The notes beneath the pieces are model-generated. The model worked only from the letters and a program-made list of their open reading frames with translations, had not been told where the DNA came from and made no database searches. Of a DNA stretch of 64,000 nt, positions 1-8,515 are shown piece after piece (positions within the stretch are counted from its first letter, which is position 1; each line of letters starts with the position of its first letter). The stretch comes from Sumerlaeia bacterium (lineage in GTDB: Bacteria > Sumerlaeota > Sumerlaeia > SLMS01 > JAHLLQ01): positions 1 through 64,000 of the forward strand of contig JAVJSW010000004.1 of assembly GCA_040219255.1 (NCBI GenBank), written 5' to 3'. Position numbers and translations under genes: made by a program.

Positions 1-18
1 CGTGTGCTCTTCCGATCT
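1..18 (+). other. Illumina TruSeq adapter remnant (assembly artefact)
   Basis: CGTGTGCTCTTCCGATCT is the 3' end of the TruSeq adapter GTGACTGGAGTTCAGACGTGTGCTCTTCCGATCT and sits at the very start of the window. Confidence 0.95.
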
Positions 19-196
19 CGGGCGGCGCCGAAGAAGGCGCTGAGGCTGCTGAAGCTGAGGAGAAAACCGGGGAGATTACTTTGAGAAGGTCCTGGTCGCA
101 GCGGCGGGGATTCCCGATGCTGCTTGACTCCTTGTGGCACCACGCAACAATGGGTCTTTCCCATCCTGCCGCCTGGGTGACAGCGCCTCCTTCTCA

Positions 197-1357
197 ATGG
201 ATCCCAACATTTCCGACCCGACGCCCCGAGCCATTCCCCGCGCCGTTGTGCCCGACCGCACGCGGGCCGCTTTCGCGAAGCGAAACTACGAGATTCAAGG
301 CGAACTGGGCCGCGGCGGCATGGGCGTGGTCTATCTGGCGACGCACCGTAAGCTGGGCCGCAAAGTGGCCATCAAGACCCTCTCACCGGAGCGCGCCACC
401 CGCGAGAACAGCCGCCAGCGCTTCGAACGCGAAGCCCGCACTTTCGCCCAAATCCGCCACCCCAACATCGCCACCCTCTTCGAGTTCGAGGACGAAGGCC
501 CCCTCCAGTACCTGGCTCTCGAATACATCGACGGCTACGATCTGGAAAGCGAGCGCCGCCGCGGGAAGAAGTGGGACCTGTCCGAAGCCGCCCGCGTCAT
601 CGCCACCGTGGCCGAGGCCTTGGACTACACGCACAAGCAGGGCATTCTGCACCGGGACATCAAGCCGGGCAACATCCTGATCGAGCGCTCGACCAATCGG
701 GTCGTGCTGACCGATTTCGGCCTCGCCAAGGGCAGCAAGGACGACACCTTGACAGCCACCGGTTTCGCCGTCGGCACCCCGGCGTATATGGCGCCCGAGC
801 AGATCAGCGATCAGTTCGGCGTGAAACCCGACGGGCGCTCCGACGTGTTCTCTCTCGGGACCGTCTTCTACGAGATGATTACGGGGAAGCATCCGTTCAT
901 CGGGGCCGACGATCTGAAGACGATGCGTGGCATCGTTCACAACGATCCGGTCGCCCTGCGCGATATCGATCCCTCGATCCCCGATCCGGTGGAGCGCATC
1001 ATCTTCGCGATGCTGCGCAAGCACCCGCAGGACCGCCTCGAATCGGCCGGACAGACGGCGAAGCTGCTGCGCGAATGGCTTGAGCGGGGCGCGATCTCGG
1101 AACGGCTGCCCGCCATGGGCGCGGGCGCCCAGGACGAGGCTCCGGCTCCCGCCAAAGCTGCCACGCCGGCCCCGGCGGCGGCGCAAGCCCCGGCGACGCC
1201 GGCCCAGACCGCCGCGCCCCGCAACAGCACCACCTCAAACTCCCAGCCCGCGTTCCGCCTGACTCCGCCTCTGATCGTGGCCCTTGTTTTATTGGCCGGA
1301 ACCTTTTTCATCTGCATCGGCATCCTCATCGGGATTCTGATGCGCGGCCTGAGCTGA
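197..1357 (+). CDS. Hanks-type Ser/Thr protein kinase with Ala/Pro linker and C-terminal TM helix
   Basis: LGRGGMGVVY, VAIK, HRDIKPGN, DFG, GTPAYMAPE and SDVFSLG motifs; ATG at 197 in the 134..1357 ORF. Confidence 0.95.
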   Translation: MDPNISDPTPRAIPRAVVPDRTRAAFAKRNYEIQGELGRGGMGVVYLATHRKLGRKVAIKTLSPERATRENSRQRFEREARTFAQIRHPNIATLFEFEDEGPLQYLALEYIDGYDLESERRRGKKWDLSEAARVIATVAEALDYTHKQGILHRDIKPGNILIERSTNRVVLTDFGLAKGSKDDTLTATGFAVGTPAYMAPEQISDQFGVKPDGRSDVFSLGTVFYEMITGKHPFIGADDLKTMRGIVHNDPVALRDIDPSIPDPVERIIFAMLRKHPQDRLESAGQTAKLLREWLERGAISERLPAMGAGAQDEAPAPAKAATPAPAAAQAPATPAQTAAPRNSTTSNSQPAFRLTPPLIVALVLLAGTFFICIGILIGILMRGLS

Positions 1358-1501
1358 ATTACCAGCATCATTTCAAGCCTCGGTTTAGCCAAGAAAAACC
1401 TCGACCGCGAAGGCTTTCCCGCCTTAGCTTTTCATGCTCGCCCGTGAAGTCCTTCAGACCTGGACCCACGGGATCCTCCAGAGCTCGAAATTGTCAGGTT
1501 C

Positions 1502-2221
1502 ATGAACGCCCACTCCCGCCCTCTTCCTCTCATTGTCGTCTTCACCCGCTGGCCGGAACCGGGAGCCGCCAAGACCCGCCTCGCCGAAGGCTCCTCCCCC
1601 GAATTCGCCGCCGGGCTCTATCGCTGCATGGTGGAAATGATCGTTCAGGAATTGCGCCCCGGCGCCGGGCGCGATTTCCGCCTGTGCGTGTACGCCAGCC
1701 CGCCGGAGCGCGTCGAGGAAACGGGCCTCTGGCTGTTCGGCGGCCAGTTGCCCCGCGGGGTGGAAATCGCCGCCCAGCCCGCCGGTACTTTGGCCGAACG
1801 GCTCGACCACATCTCGCGTCAGGCTCACGCGCAGGGCACTCCCTCGGTGATCTTTGTCGGCACCGACACCATCGATCTGCTTCGGTGGGACATCATGCAG
1901 GCGCTCCAGGCGCTCAAGCGCTCGCCCGCCGTCCTGGGCCCGGCGGAGGACGGTGGCTTCTGGCTGCTCGGCATGGCTTTCCCGGATGGCACGTACCCCG
2001 AGGGCCTCTTCCACGAAGTGACCTATAGCGTCGCCGAGACGACCGGCCAGATGGAGGCAGCCTTGAAACGCCACGGTTTTTCGCCCATCGCCCCGATGCC
2101 CACTCGCCGCGACATCGATTTCGTCGCCGACATTGTGGCCCAGCCGCCCTGGGCGAAGGCGGAACTGGCGCGCCGCGCCCGCGCCGCCGGCCTGTCGCTT
2201 CCTCAACTGGCGGAGACCTGA
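1502..2221 (+). CDS. TIGR04282/DUF2064 family (CofC-like, arsenosugar-associated) glycosyltransferase
   Basis: VFTRWPEPGAAKTRL, VGTD, LGPAEDGGFWLLGM and DID motifs; arsM-like gene downstream. Confidence 0.85.
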   Translation: MNAHSRPLPLIVVFTRWPEPGAAKTRLAEGSSPEFAAGLYRCMVEMIVQELRPGAGRDFRLCVYASPPERVEETGLWLFGGQLPRGVEIAAQPAGTLAERLDHISRQAHAQGTPSVIFVGTDTIDLLRWDIMQALQALKRSPAVLGPAEDGGFWLLGMAFPDGTYPEGLFHEVTYSVAETTGQMEAALKRHGFSPIAPMPTRRDIDFVADIVAQPPWAKAELARRARAAGLSLPQLAET

Positions 2222-2233
2222 CTCTTCCGCTCG

Positions 2234-3148
2234 ATGTCCCTAACCCATCCGCATTCCGTGCTCCGCGATTGGCGGCTTCAACGAAGCGGCAACGCCTTCT
2301 ACCGGTTCCTGGTCCGCCGCAACCGCGATGCCACCCAGGTGGCGATGCTGCTGTCGGTGGCGTTCCTCTCGGGGATGCTGACCGCGTTCTTCAAACTCGC
2401 GACCTTCACCCCCGAAGGCTTCTTGATTTGGATCGCGCTCCGGTGGGCCGTGGGTGAACTGCTGTGGGCGTGGATGGCGGCGGATCATTGCTTCACCATC
2501 GTGGGCCGGGCACGGCGCGGCGGCATGCTGCGGGAATTGAAACTGACCACCTCGACGCCCCACGAAATCGCCGCCGCGGTCATTCACTCCACCTGGCTTT
2601 TCGTGTCCGTTGGGGTGCTGCTGTGGAGTCTGGCGGAATTCTTCATCCCCTTCGGCGACCCCCGCGTTTTCACGTGGCCGAGTCCTCCGGTGGCACTCTG
2701 GTTGTGGATCGGTGCGGTCCCGCTGGTTCTGGCGATCAATCACTCGGCCACGGCCCATCTCGCTTCGGCGCTGTGCACGAACCGGGCGTTGAGGCCGGGC
2801 GCCACCACGGCAACGTGGGCGGGATCGATGGGAACGCTGGCGTGGATGGTGGCGCTGGCCCTTTTTCCGGCGCTCCTGGCGGCGGGGGGGATTCTGGCGG
2901 CGACAATCCTGCCTTTTGGCGCTCCGGAGTTCAGCCACCTCCACAGCGCGATCTGCACGCCCTGGCGCCTGGGCTTTCTGCTGCTGATCCTGGCGGTGGT
3001 GCCGCCGCTGGTGAAGTACCGCTTCGCGGCGCGCGAACTGGCGCAGGCTGGCGAAACCCTGGCCCGGGAGGGCAGCGATCTGCCGGGCGATTTCTATAAA
3101 GCCGCCTTCGATCAGGAAAAGTTTGCCGCCAAGGACGATCCGGCCTAA
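2234..3148 (+). CDS. Multi-TM membrane protein, ABC-2 permease-like; paralog of the next gene
   Basis: About 6 hydrophobic segments; RRGGMLRELKLTTSTPHEIA motif. Confidence 0.7.
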   Translation: MSLTHPHSVLRDWRLQRSGNAFYRFLVRRNRDATQVAMLLSVAFLSGMLTAFFKLATFTPEGFLIWIALRWAVGELLWAWMAADHCFTIVGRARRGGMLRELKLTTSTPHEIAAAVIHSTWLFVSVGVLLWSLAEFFIPFGDPRVFTWPSPPVALWLWIGAVPLVLAINHSATAHLASALCTNRALRPGATTATWAGSMGTLAWMVALALFPALLAAGGILAATILPFGAPEFSHLHSAICTPWRLGFLLLILAVVPPLVKYRFAARELAQAGETLAREGSDLPGDFYKAAFDQEKFAAKDDPA

Positions 3149-3158
3149 ACCGCCTTCT

Positions 3159-4013
3159 GTGAGCACCCGGCCCCGTCCTTTCGTCTTCGAGTTTTTTCTC
3201 GCCCCCGCCCTGCTGATTCTCGACGTCCGCCGCACGCGCCGCGAGAACGCCCTCTACCGGCATTTCTTCCACAATCGGCGCCTGTTCGGCTCCATCGTCT
3301 ATTACGCCGTCATCACGCTGGCTCTGATGGGGTACATGTGCTGGCTGCGGGTCGCGTTCCTTTACCGCGAGAGCTACGAATTCCACCTGCTCTGGTTTTG
3401 GCTTCTGGCCGAGGTCGTCTTCACCGGCGAAGCCTACTACGGCTCGATCCGGCGCGTGCATCGGCTGAGGCGAAGCGGCCGGTTGGCGGAGCTGAAACTG
3501 ACCACCCACACGCCCCGGGAAATCGCCGAAGGCCTGAGCTTTGCCATCGGGCGGTTCCTGACGCTGTGGGCGGTGACGTACGCGCTGATGCAAGTCAGTC
3601 TGCCGGTGCGCGATTCGGCTTTCATGCGTATGGACGAAACCCCGGCGGCGTGCTGGTACACCTACGTCATCGCGGCCACGATCATTACGATCGTGAATGT
3701 CTCGGCGGCGGCCCATATGGCGGCGGCTTTCGGGTTCTATCGCGGCGTGAGGGGGTCCATGAACCTGGCTATAACCTACATCACGACAGCGCTCTACATG
3801 ATAGGCGTGGGGATCTTTTCACTGGCCTTCACGTTCCTGATCTACGGAATCGGGACGGTTGTGGTGGGGACGCCGATCAGGGATTATTACGCGCTGATCG
3901 CGGCGTGTCTCGGTTTGCTGCTCCTCCTGATGCCGCTGAAGTGCCTGCTGGCGCGCCATTTCCTGGCGAAGGCCGGCGAGGCTCTGGCGCAAGAAGGCGG
4001 CGGCGAGGGGTAA
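3159..4013 (+). CDS. Multi-TM membrane protein, ABC-2 permease-like; paralog of the previous gene
   Basis: RRSGRLAELKLTTHTPREIA motif; C-terminal LAKAGEALAQEG versus LAQAGETLAREG in the paralog; GTG start inferred. Confidence 0.7.
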   Translation: MSTRPRPFVFEFFLAPALLILDVRRTRRENALYRHFFHNRRLFGSIVYYAVITLALMGYMCWLRVAFLYRESYEFHLLWFWLLAEVVFTGEAYYGSIRRVHRLRRSGRLAELKLTTHTPREIAEGLSFAIGRFLTLWAVTYALMQVSLPVRDSAFMRMDETPAACWYTYVIAATIITIVNVSAAAHMAAAFGFYRGVRGSMNLAITYITTALYMIGVGIFSLAFTFLIYGIGTVVVGTPIRDYYALIAACLGLLLLLMPLKCLLARHFLAKAGEALAQEGGGEG

Positions 4014-4030
4014 TTTTGCCCGTCCGCCGC

Positions 4031-4058
4031 AGGTTGGCATCGCGCGCGATGCCAACCT
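4031..4058. repeat. Perfect 28-bp palindrome upstream of arsM
   Basis: AGGTTGGCATCGCGCGCGATGCCAACCT is its own reverse complement. Confidence 0.9.
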
Positions 4059-4130
4059 TCCTTGCGCTCTGGCGGTGCCTCCGGCATAGACAGGCCTCGA
4101 TTTTTCCCCGCGAGAGGACCCCGCCCCGCC

Positions 4131-5198
4131 ATGTCGGCCCCCTCCCCCACTTCGACCCACCAAGACGTCCAGGACTACTACGGCCGCGTCCTCTCGAACC
4201 AGGGCGATTTGAAGACCGACGCCTGCTGCTCGACCGATGCGATGCCCAGCCACCTGCGCCAGATCGCCAGCCAGATCGCCCCCGAAGTGATCGAGAAATT
4301 CTATGGCTGCGGGTCGCCCATTCCCCCCGCCATCGAAGGCTGTACGGTGCTGGACCTGGGTTGCGGCACGGGGCGCGATGCGTTCCTGTGCGCCAAGCTG
4401 GTGGGGCCTAACGGCCGCGTGATCGGCGTGGATATGACGGATGAGCAACTGGCCGCGGCGCGCCGCCACGAGTCCGAAATGGCCGCGAGGTTCGGCTTCT
4501 CCCAACCCAACACTCGCTTCGTCCAGGGTTACATGGAAGATCTGGCCGCCGCCGGCGTCGCCGACGAAAGCGTGGACGTCGTCATCAGCAACTGCGTGAT
4601 CAATCTGGCGCCCGACAAAGAACGCGTCTTCCGTGAAATCCTCCGCGTCCTGAAGCCCGGCGGCGAAATCCTGTTCAGCGACATTTTCGCCGACCGGCGT
4701 CTGCCCGCCCACCTGCGCGAGGACCCGGTGCTGCTGGGCGAATGTCTCGCCGGGGCGATGTACAGCGAAGACTTCCGCCGTTTACTGGCCAAGCTCGGCG
4801 TGCCCGACTCCCGGGTCCTCACATCTCGCCCCGTGGCCATCGACAATCAGGAGGTCGAAGATCGCATCGGCATGGCGAAGTTCCGATCCGTGACAGTGCG
4901 CGCGTTCAAGCTGGCGAGCCTGGAGGATCGCTGCGAGGACTGGGGCCAATCGGCGACGTACCTGGGCACGGTCCCCGGCGCGCGACACCGCTTCGCCCTC
5001 GACGATCATCACCTGTTCGAGACGGGGCGGCCTATGCTGGTTTGCGGCAACAGCGCCGCCATGGTGAGCGAAACGCGTTTCGCGCCGCACTTCCGAGTCA
5101 CCGGCAGCCGCAAAGTCCATTTCGGCCTCTTCCCCTGCGGCCCGGCTCCGGCCGCCGGCGAGGACGCGGCGGATCGCGGCGGAGGCGGGTGCTGCTGA
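4131..5198 (+). CDS. arsM: Arsenite S-adenosylmethionine methyltransferase
   Basis: YYG..L, ACC, FYGCGSP, LDLGCGTGRD, GVDMT, VISNCVINL, LGECLAGA and C-terminal GGGCC. Confidence 0.85.
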   Translation: MSAPSPTSTHQDVQDYYGRVLSNQGDLKTDACCSTDAMPSHLRQIASQIAPEVIEKFYGCGSPIPPAIEGCTVLDLGCGTGRDAFLCAKLVGPNGRVIGVDMTDEQLAAARRHESEMAARFGFSQPNTRFVQGYMEDLAAAGVADESVDVVISNCVINLAPDKERVFREILRVLKPGGEILFSDIFADRRLPAHLREDPVLLGECLAGAMYSEDFRRLLAKLGVPDSRVLTSRPVAIDNQEVEDRIGMAKFRSVTVRAFKLASLEDRCEDWGQSATYLGTVPGARHRFALDDHHLFETGRPMLVCGNSAAMVSETRFAPHFRVTGSRKVHFGLFPCGPAPAAGEDAADRGGGGCC

Positions 5199-5218
5199 GG
5201 TTCCTTACGTGGTGGAGT

Positions 5219-5242
5219 CACAGGCTGGAGAGCCTGTGCTAC
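5219..5242 (-). repeat. GTAG-type REP-like palindrome
   Basis: Minus strand reads GTAGCACAGGCTCTCCAGCCTGTG (GTAG plus hairpin). Confidence 0.7.
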
Positions 5243-5275
5243 ATCGCGTTGAATCCATTAAGCTTGCGGGATAAA

Positions 5276-5320
5276 GGCGCGGGCGTCCCGCCCGTGACCC
5301 GCAGCGCTTGCCCCACGCCG
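5276..5320 (+). repeat. REP-like element, inverted relative to the copy at 7060-7107
   Basis: GGGCGTCCCGCCCGTGACC (5281-5299) is the exact reverse complement of 7082-7100, with about 20 bp of further imperfect homology. Confidence 0.8.
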
Positions 5321-5464
5321 CATAACTCTATTGCATTCAGCAACCTGCAATAGAGATGGTGGCCCGCCGAGCCTCTCCGGCATCAATCTCGCGGTCTTCC
5401 GCCCCCATTGCCTCCTGAGCGCCGCGCTTTCGGCGCCTCGGAGACCGTTGTGGATTGAGGTTCC

Positions 5465-6514
5465 GTGTCCCAGATTTTGCCCGATTCCGTCCTCTGGAAC
5501 GTCGTCATCTTTCTCATCGCGGGCGGCGTCATCGCCGTGGCGGGGACGAAGCTGGCGGGGTATGCGGACCGGCTGGCGGATCGCACCGGGCTCGGCGAGG
5601 CCTTTGTCGGGGCGCTGCTGCTGGGCGCGATGACATCGTTGCCGGGGATCACGACCTCGTTCGTGGCGGGCTGGAACGGCCACGCGAGTCTCGCCATCAG
5701 CAACGCCATTGGCGGCATGGCGGCCCAGACGGTTTTCCTGGCCATCGCCGACATCTGTTATCGCAAAGCCAATCTGGAGCACGCCGCCGCCTCGGTCCCC
5801 AACATCATCAACGGGGCGCTGCTGATCGCGCTCCTGGGCGGGATTTTGATGGCGTCCAACGCTCCGGAGTTCGCCATTTCCGGCCTCGGCCTGGCCGTGC
5901 ACCCGGTAACCCCGGCGCTGTTCGTGGCTTACATCATGGGTCTCAAGCTCTCGCAAAGCACTTTCGAGGACCCCGCCTGGCGCCCCGTCAAGACCGCGCA
6001 GACGGTCGAGGACTCGCCCGAGCGGGACCCGGACGACACTGAAAAGATCGCCGTGCTCTGGACCAAGTTCCTGGCCGTCGGCGCGCTGACGGCGCTGTGT
6101 GGCTGGGCCGTGGCGCGCACCGGCATCACCCTGTCCGAGAAAACCGGTCTGAGCGAAACCGTCGTCGGCGCGCTCTTCACCGCCGTGGCGACCTCAACGC
6201 CGGAACTCATCACCGCCATCGCGGCCGTGCGCCAAGGCGCCCTGACTCTGGCGGTCAGCAACATTATCGGCGGCAACGCCTTCGACGTCCTCTTCGCCGG
6301 AGCCGCCGACGTGGCCTATCGCGACGGTTCGATCTATCACGCCATCGCGGATCAGGAGCGTTTCCTGATCGCCCTGACGGTGGTGATGACGGCGGTGCTG
6401 ATCCTGGGCCTGATGCGGCGCGAAAAGAGCGGCGTCGGCAACATCGGCTTCGAGGGGGCGCTGCTGATCGGGCTCTACGCCGGCGGGTTCCTCATCGTGT
6501 CCTTCTTCTTCTGA
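5465..6514 (+). CDS. Sodium:calcium (CaCA/YrbG-like) antiporter
   Basis: Two alpha-repeats (GAMTSLPG..SNAIGG; VATSTPEL..SNIIGGN) and about 10 TM helices. Confidence 0.9.
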   Translation: MSQILPDSVLWNVVIFLIAGGVIAVAGTKLAGYADRLADRTGLGEAFVGALLLGAMTSLPGITTSFVAGWNGHASLAISNAIGGMAAQTVFLAIADICYRKANLEHAAASVPNIINGALLIALLGGILMASNAPEFAISGLGLAVHPVTPALFVAYIMGLKLSQSTFEDPAWRPVKTAQTVEDSPERDPDDTEKIAVLWTKFLAVGALTALCGWAVARTGITLSEKTGLSETVVGALFTAVATSTPELITAIAAVRQGALTLAVSNIIGGNAFDVLFAGAADVAYRDGSIYHAIADQERFLIALTVVMTAVLILGLMRREKSGVGNIGFEGALLIGLYAGGFLIVSFFF

Positions 6515-6640
6515 TTAAGCACTGAGATCACAGAGGGTGGAGGCTGCACAGAGGCCATGCACGGCGATCGGGGCTTGGTGAACCGCCCAACCCCATCCCC
6601 TTCATCCGCATTCATCCGCAGCCGAATTTCTCTGTGGTTT
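6515..6640. repeat. CACAGAG...CTCTGTGG-type intergenic inverted-repeat element
   Basis: ATCACAGAGG and GCACAGAGG on the left; ATCCGCATTCATCCGCAG and TCTCTGTGGTT on the right; resembles 50629-50784. Confidence 0.55.
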
Positions 6641-6700
6641 ACACATCCGGTCCGCCGGGCTATGGCTGTCCCCAATCCCAAACCTGGAGCCCCGCCCGCC

Positions 6701-6910
6701 ATGGCCAATCCGGAAATGCACCTGACCCTGCAGAAGAGCGAAGCCGCCGTCGCCCACTGCGCCTCGCGGATTTTCGCCGCCTACATCGCGCAGGGCGTCG
6801 TGACCGACAGCAATCAGGAAGACATGATCGAAAAAAGCGTCCGCGCCGCGATGAAGCTGGCCTATCGGACAGAGCAGTTGGTGCTGAGCGACGACGAGCC
6901 GGGGCGGTAG
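6701..6910 (+). CDS. Small conserved hypothetical protein
   Basis: LQKSEAAV...ASRIFAAYI...SDDE pattern recalled from small uncharacterised proteins; host-like codon usage; alternative ATG at 6662. Confidence 0.7.
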   Translation: MANPEMHLTLQKSEAAVAHCASRIFAAYIAQGVVTDSNQEDMIEKSVRAAMKLAYRTEQLVLSDDEPGR

Positions 6911-7107
6911 GGGGCGGGTGCCACGCCCGCCGAGGGTACAAGCGGCGCTTTCTGTGTAGCACGGCGCGTCCCGCCCGTGTCCCCCCACGGTTTTGATCCG
7001 ACGGCCAACTCCGGGCCCGCGCCATGCGCCATACCAAACCACCGTCCGCCCGCGGGATCGGGCGTGGGCGCAGGGCTGGCCGGTCACGGGCGGGACGCCC
7101 ACGCTAC
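6907..7107. repeat. Cluster of GTAG-type REP-like palindromes including an inverted doublet (REPIN-like)
   Basis: GTAGGGGGCGGGTGCCACGCCCGCC (6907), GTAGCACGGCGCGTCCCGCCCGTG (6956, +) and GTAGCGTGGGCGTCCCGCCCGTGACC (7107, -). Confidence 0.75.
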
Positions 7108-7170
7108 CTTTAAGTGCTATGTCTTGTCATTTCAAGCCTGGGAGTGATGGCAAGCGAACGGCTTCGTCCC

Positions 7171-7512
7171 CTATTTCGGCAGGTATTCGGCGGGGATTTC
7201 GGTGAACGCGCAGCGGTAGAGGGCGCGTTCGCCGGAATCGTACTCGTCCAGCAGAAAGCAGTGGGGCTGCCTCAGGGCCTCGAACATGGAAATCTCTCCG
7301 CGCTTGAGTTGCGCAAGGAGTTCCTCCGTGGTCGGCGACAGCAAATACCGCACTTTCTCCCCGTCCTCATCCAGCCAATGCGCCAGATGCAGGAGGCCGA
7401 AGCGGTCGGTCAGGACATAGGTTTTGACGGTGCCGACTTGGGAGAGGACCTCGCGGGCGGGGGTGTCGGTGAGGAGGTGGGTGGTGGGGAGGGGGTTTGG
7501 TGGGGGCCACAT
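7171..7512 (-). CDS. Hypothetical protein, DUF6575-like
   Basis: LTDRFGLLHL..DEDGEKVRYLLSPTT..L..LKRGEISM.EAL...IPAEYLP resembles DUF6575. Confidence 0.55.
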   Translation of the reverse strand: MWPPPNPLPTTHLLTDTPAREVLSQVGTVKTYVLTDRFGLLHLAHWLDEDGEKVRYLLSPTTEELLAQLKRGEISMFEALRQPHCFLLDEYDSGERALYRCAFTEIPAEYLPK

Positions 7513-7567
7513 GATTGAAGTCGTTTAGACGATGGGTTGCGCGGAAGTTCGGGGGAACAGTTTCAGG

Positions 7568-8515
7568 CTATTGTTCAAACAGGTCAGGTTGTTCATTTCC
7601 CTCCTGTTGAGAACTCGGAGCTGGAGGGTTATCGCTTGTGGTGAATAGGAACTCGCCTTCCGGATCGTGAGCCTTATATCTTTTTTTTGCCAAGGCGGAG
7701 TTTTTTACAGCGTAGCAATATACGCAGCCATGGGGACACGTGTCATAGTCACCGATGTCTTTCGATTCGGCGCACATGCATCCATCGCGATTTCCCTTAG
7801 TTTTTGCCTTGAACTCCTTTCCAGCGACTCGCATGAGTCGCTGAGCATCGATGCAGCGCGCCTCATTCACGCCAGGCATTAGCAGGTTCGGTTGCGAGCA
7901 GATGGACAAGCGCATGCCATTTTCGTGTGCAACCATGCGAAAATGTTCAATAAGTCTTTGCTTTGTCTCCCAATCAGGGTCTTCCCAAGTAAACCCATAT
8001 TTGGAAGAAGCTGCTTCCATGTTGCGGAGCGTCTTCTTGTAAAACTGAGCAAACGAAATCACCACCTCGTCGGTCAAACCAGCAAGTTGCTCAGCTAAAT
8101 CTACAAAATTCCGCACATGAAACTCGTATGGAGTTGCCGATGAAACAACTACCGTATCGTATCTCCAAACGAAAACATCCTGAGAATATCTATTTACCAA
8201 GTACCTAGCATGCGATATAGATTGTTGCGCATTGACAACAGAGCGTTCAAGAGTTCTGGGGTAACTATTTATTGTATACTGAATTATAAATGGTATGTGG
8301 TTGACATCCAGTTCATCTAAATGCCGCATAAAGGGACCAAAGTTCTTGGTCCAAAAAACGACACCGCCAACTGCTTGAGGTCTCAAGTCAACACGAGCAA
8401 TTTGCGAACTATTATGTGGATTTCGCACAAGACAATAACCTGCCCTTACGCGATTGATGAACCAATCCCCGTAGAAAGCTGGAATGTCTGTCTTGTAGCT
8501 TGCCGAGATAATCAT
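7568..8515 (-). CDS. DUF1848 family radical-SAM-like protein
   Basis: MIISASYKTDIPAFYGDWF, VFWTKN, WRYD, C.C..SKDIGDYDTCPHGCVYCYA; AT-rich DNA. Confidence 0.92.
   Translation of the reverse strand: MIISASYKTDIPAFYGDWFINRVRAGYCLVRNPHNSSQIARVDLRPQAVGGVVFWTKNFGPFMRHLDELDVNHIPFIIQYTINSYPRTLERSVVNAQQSISHARYLVNRYSQDVFVWRYDTVVVSSATPYEFHVRNFVDLAEQLAGLTDEVVISFAQFYKKTLRNMEAASSKYGFTWEDPDWETKQRLIEHFRMVAHENGMRLSICSQPNLLMPGVNEARCIDAQRLMRVAGKEFKAKTKGNRDGCMCAESKDIGDYDTCPHGCVYCYAVKNSALAKKRYKAHDPEGEFLFTTSDNPPAPSSQQEGNEQPDLFEQ

Noticed and set aside
7568-8515. DUF1848 as a substitute for the missing ArsS of the arsM cluster
   Set aside because: Opposite strand, very different GC, separated by other genes, and its Cys motif is C-terminal unlike ArsS
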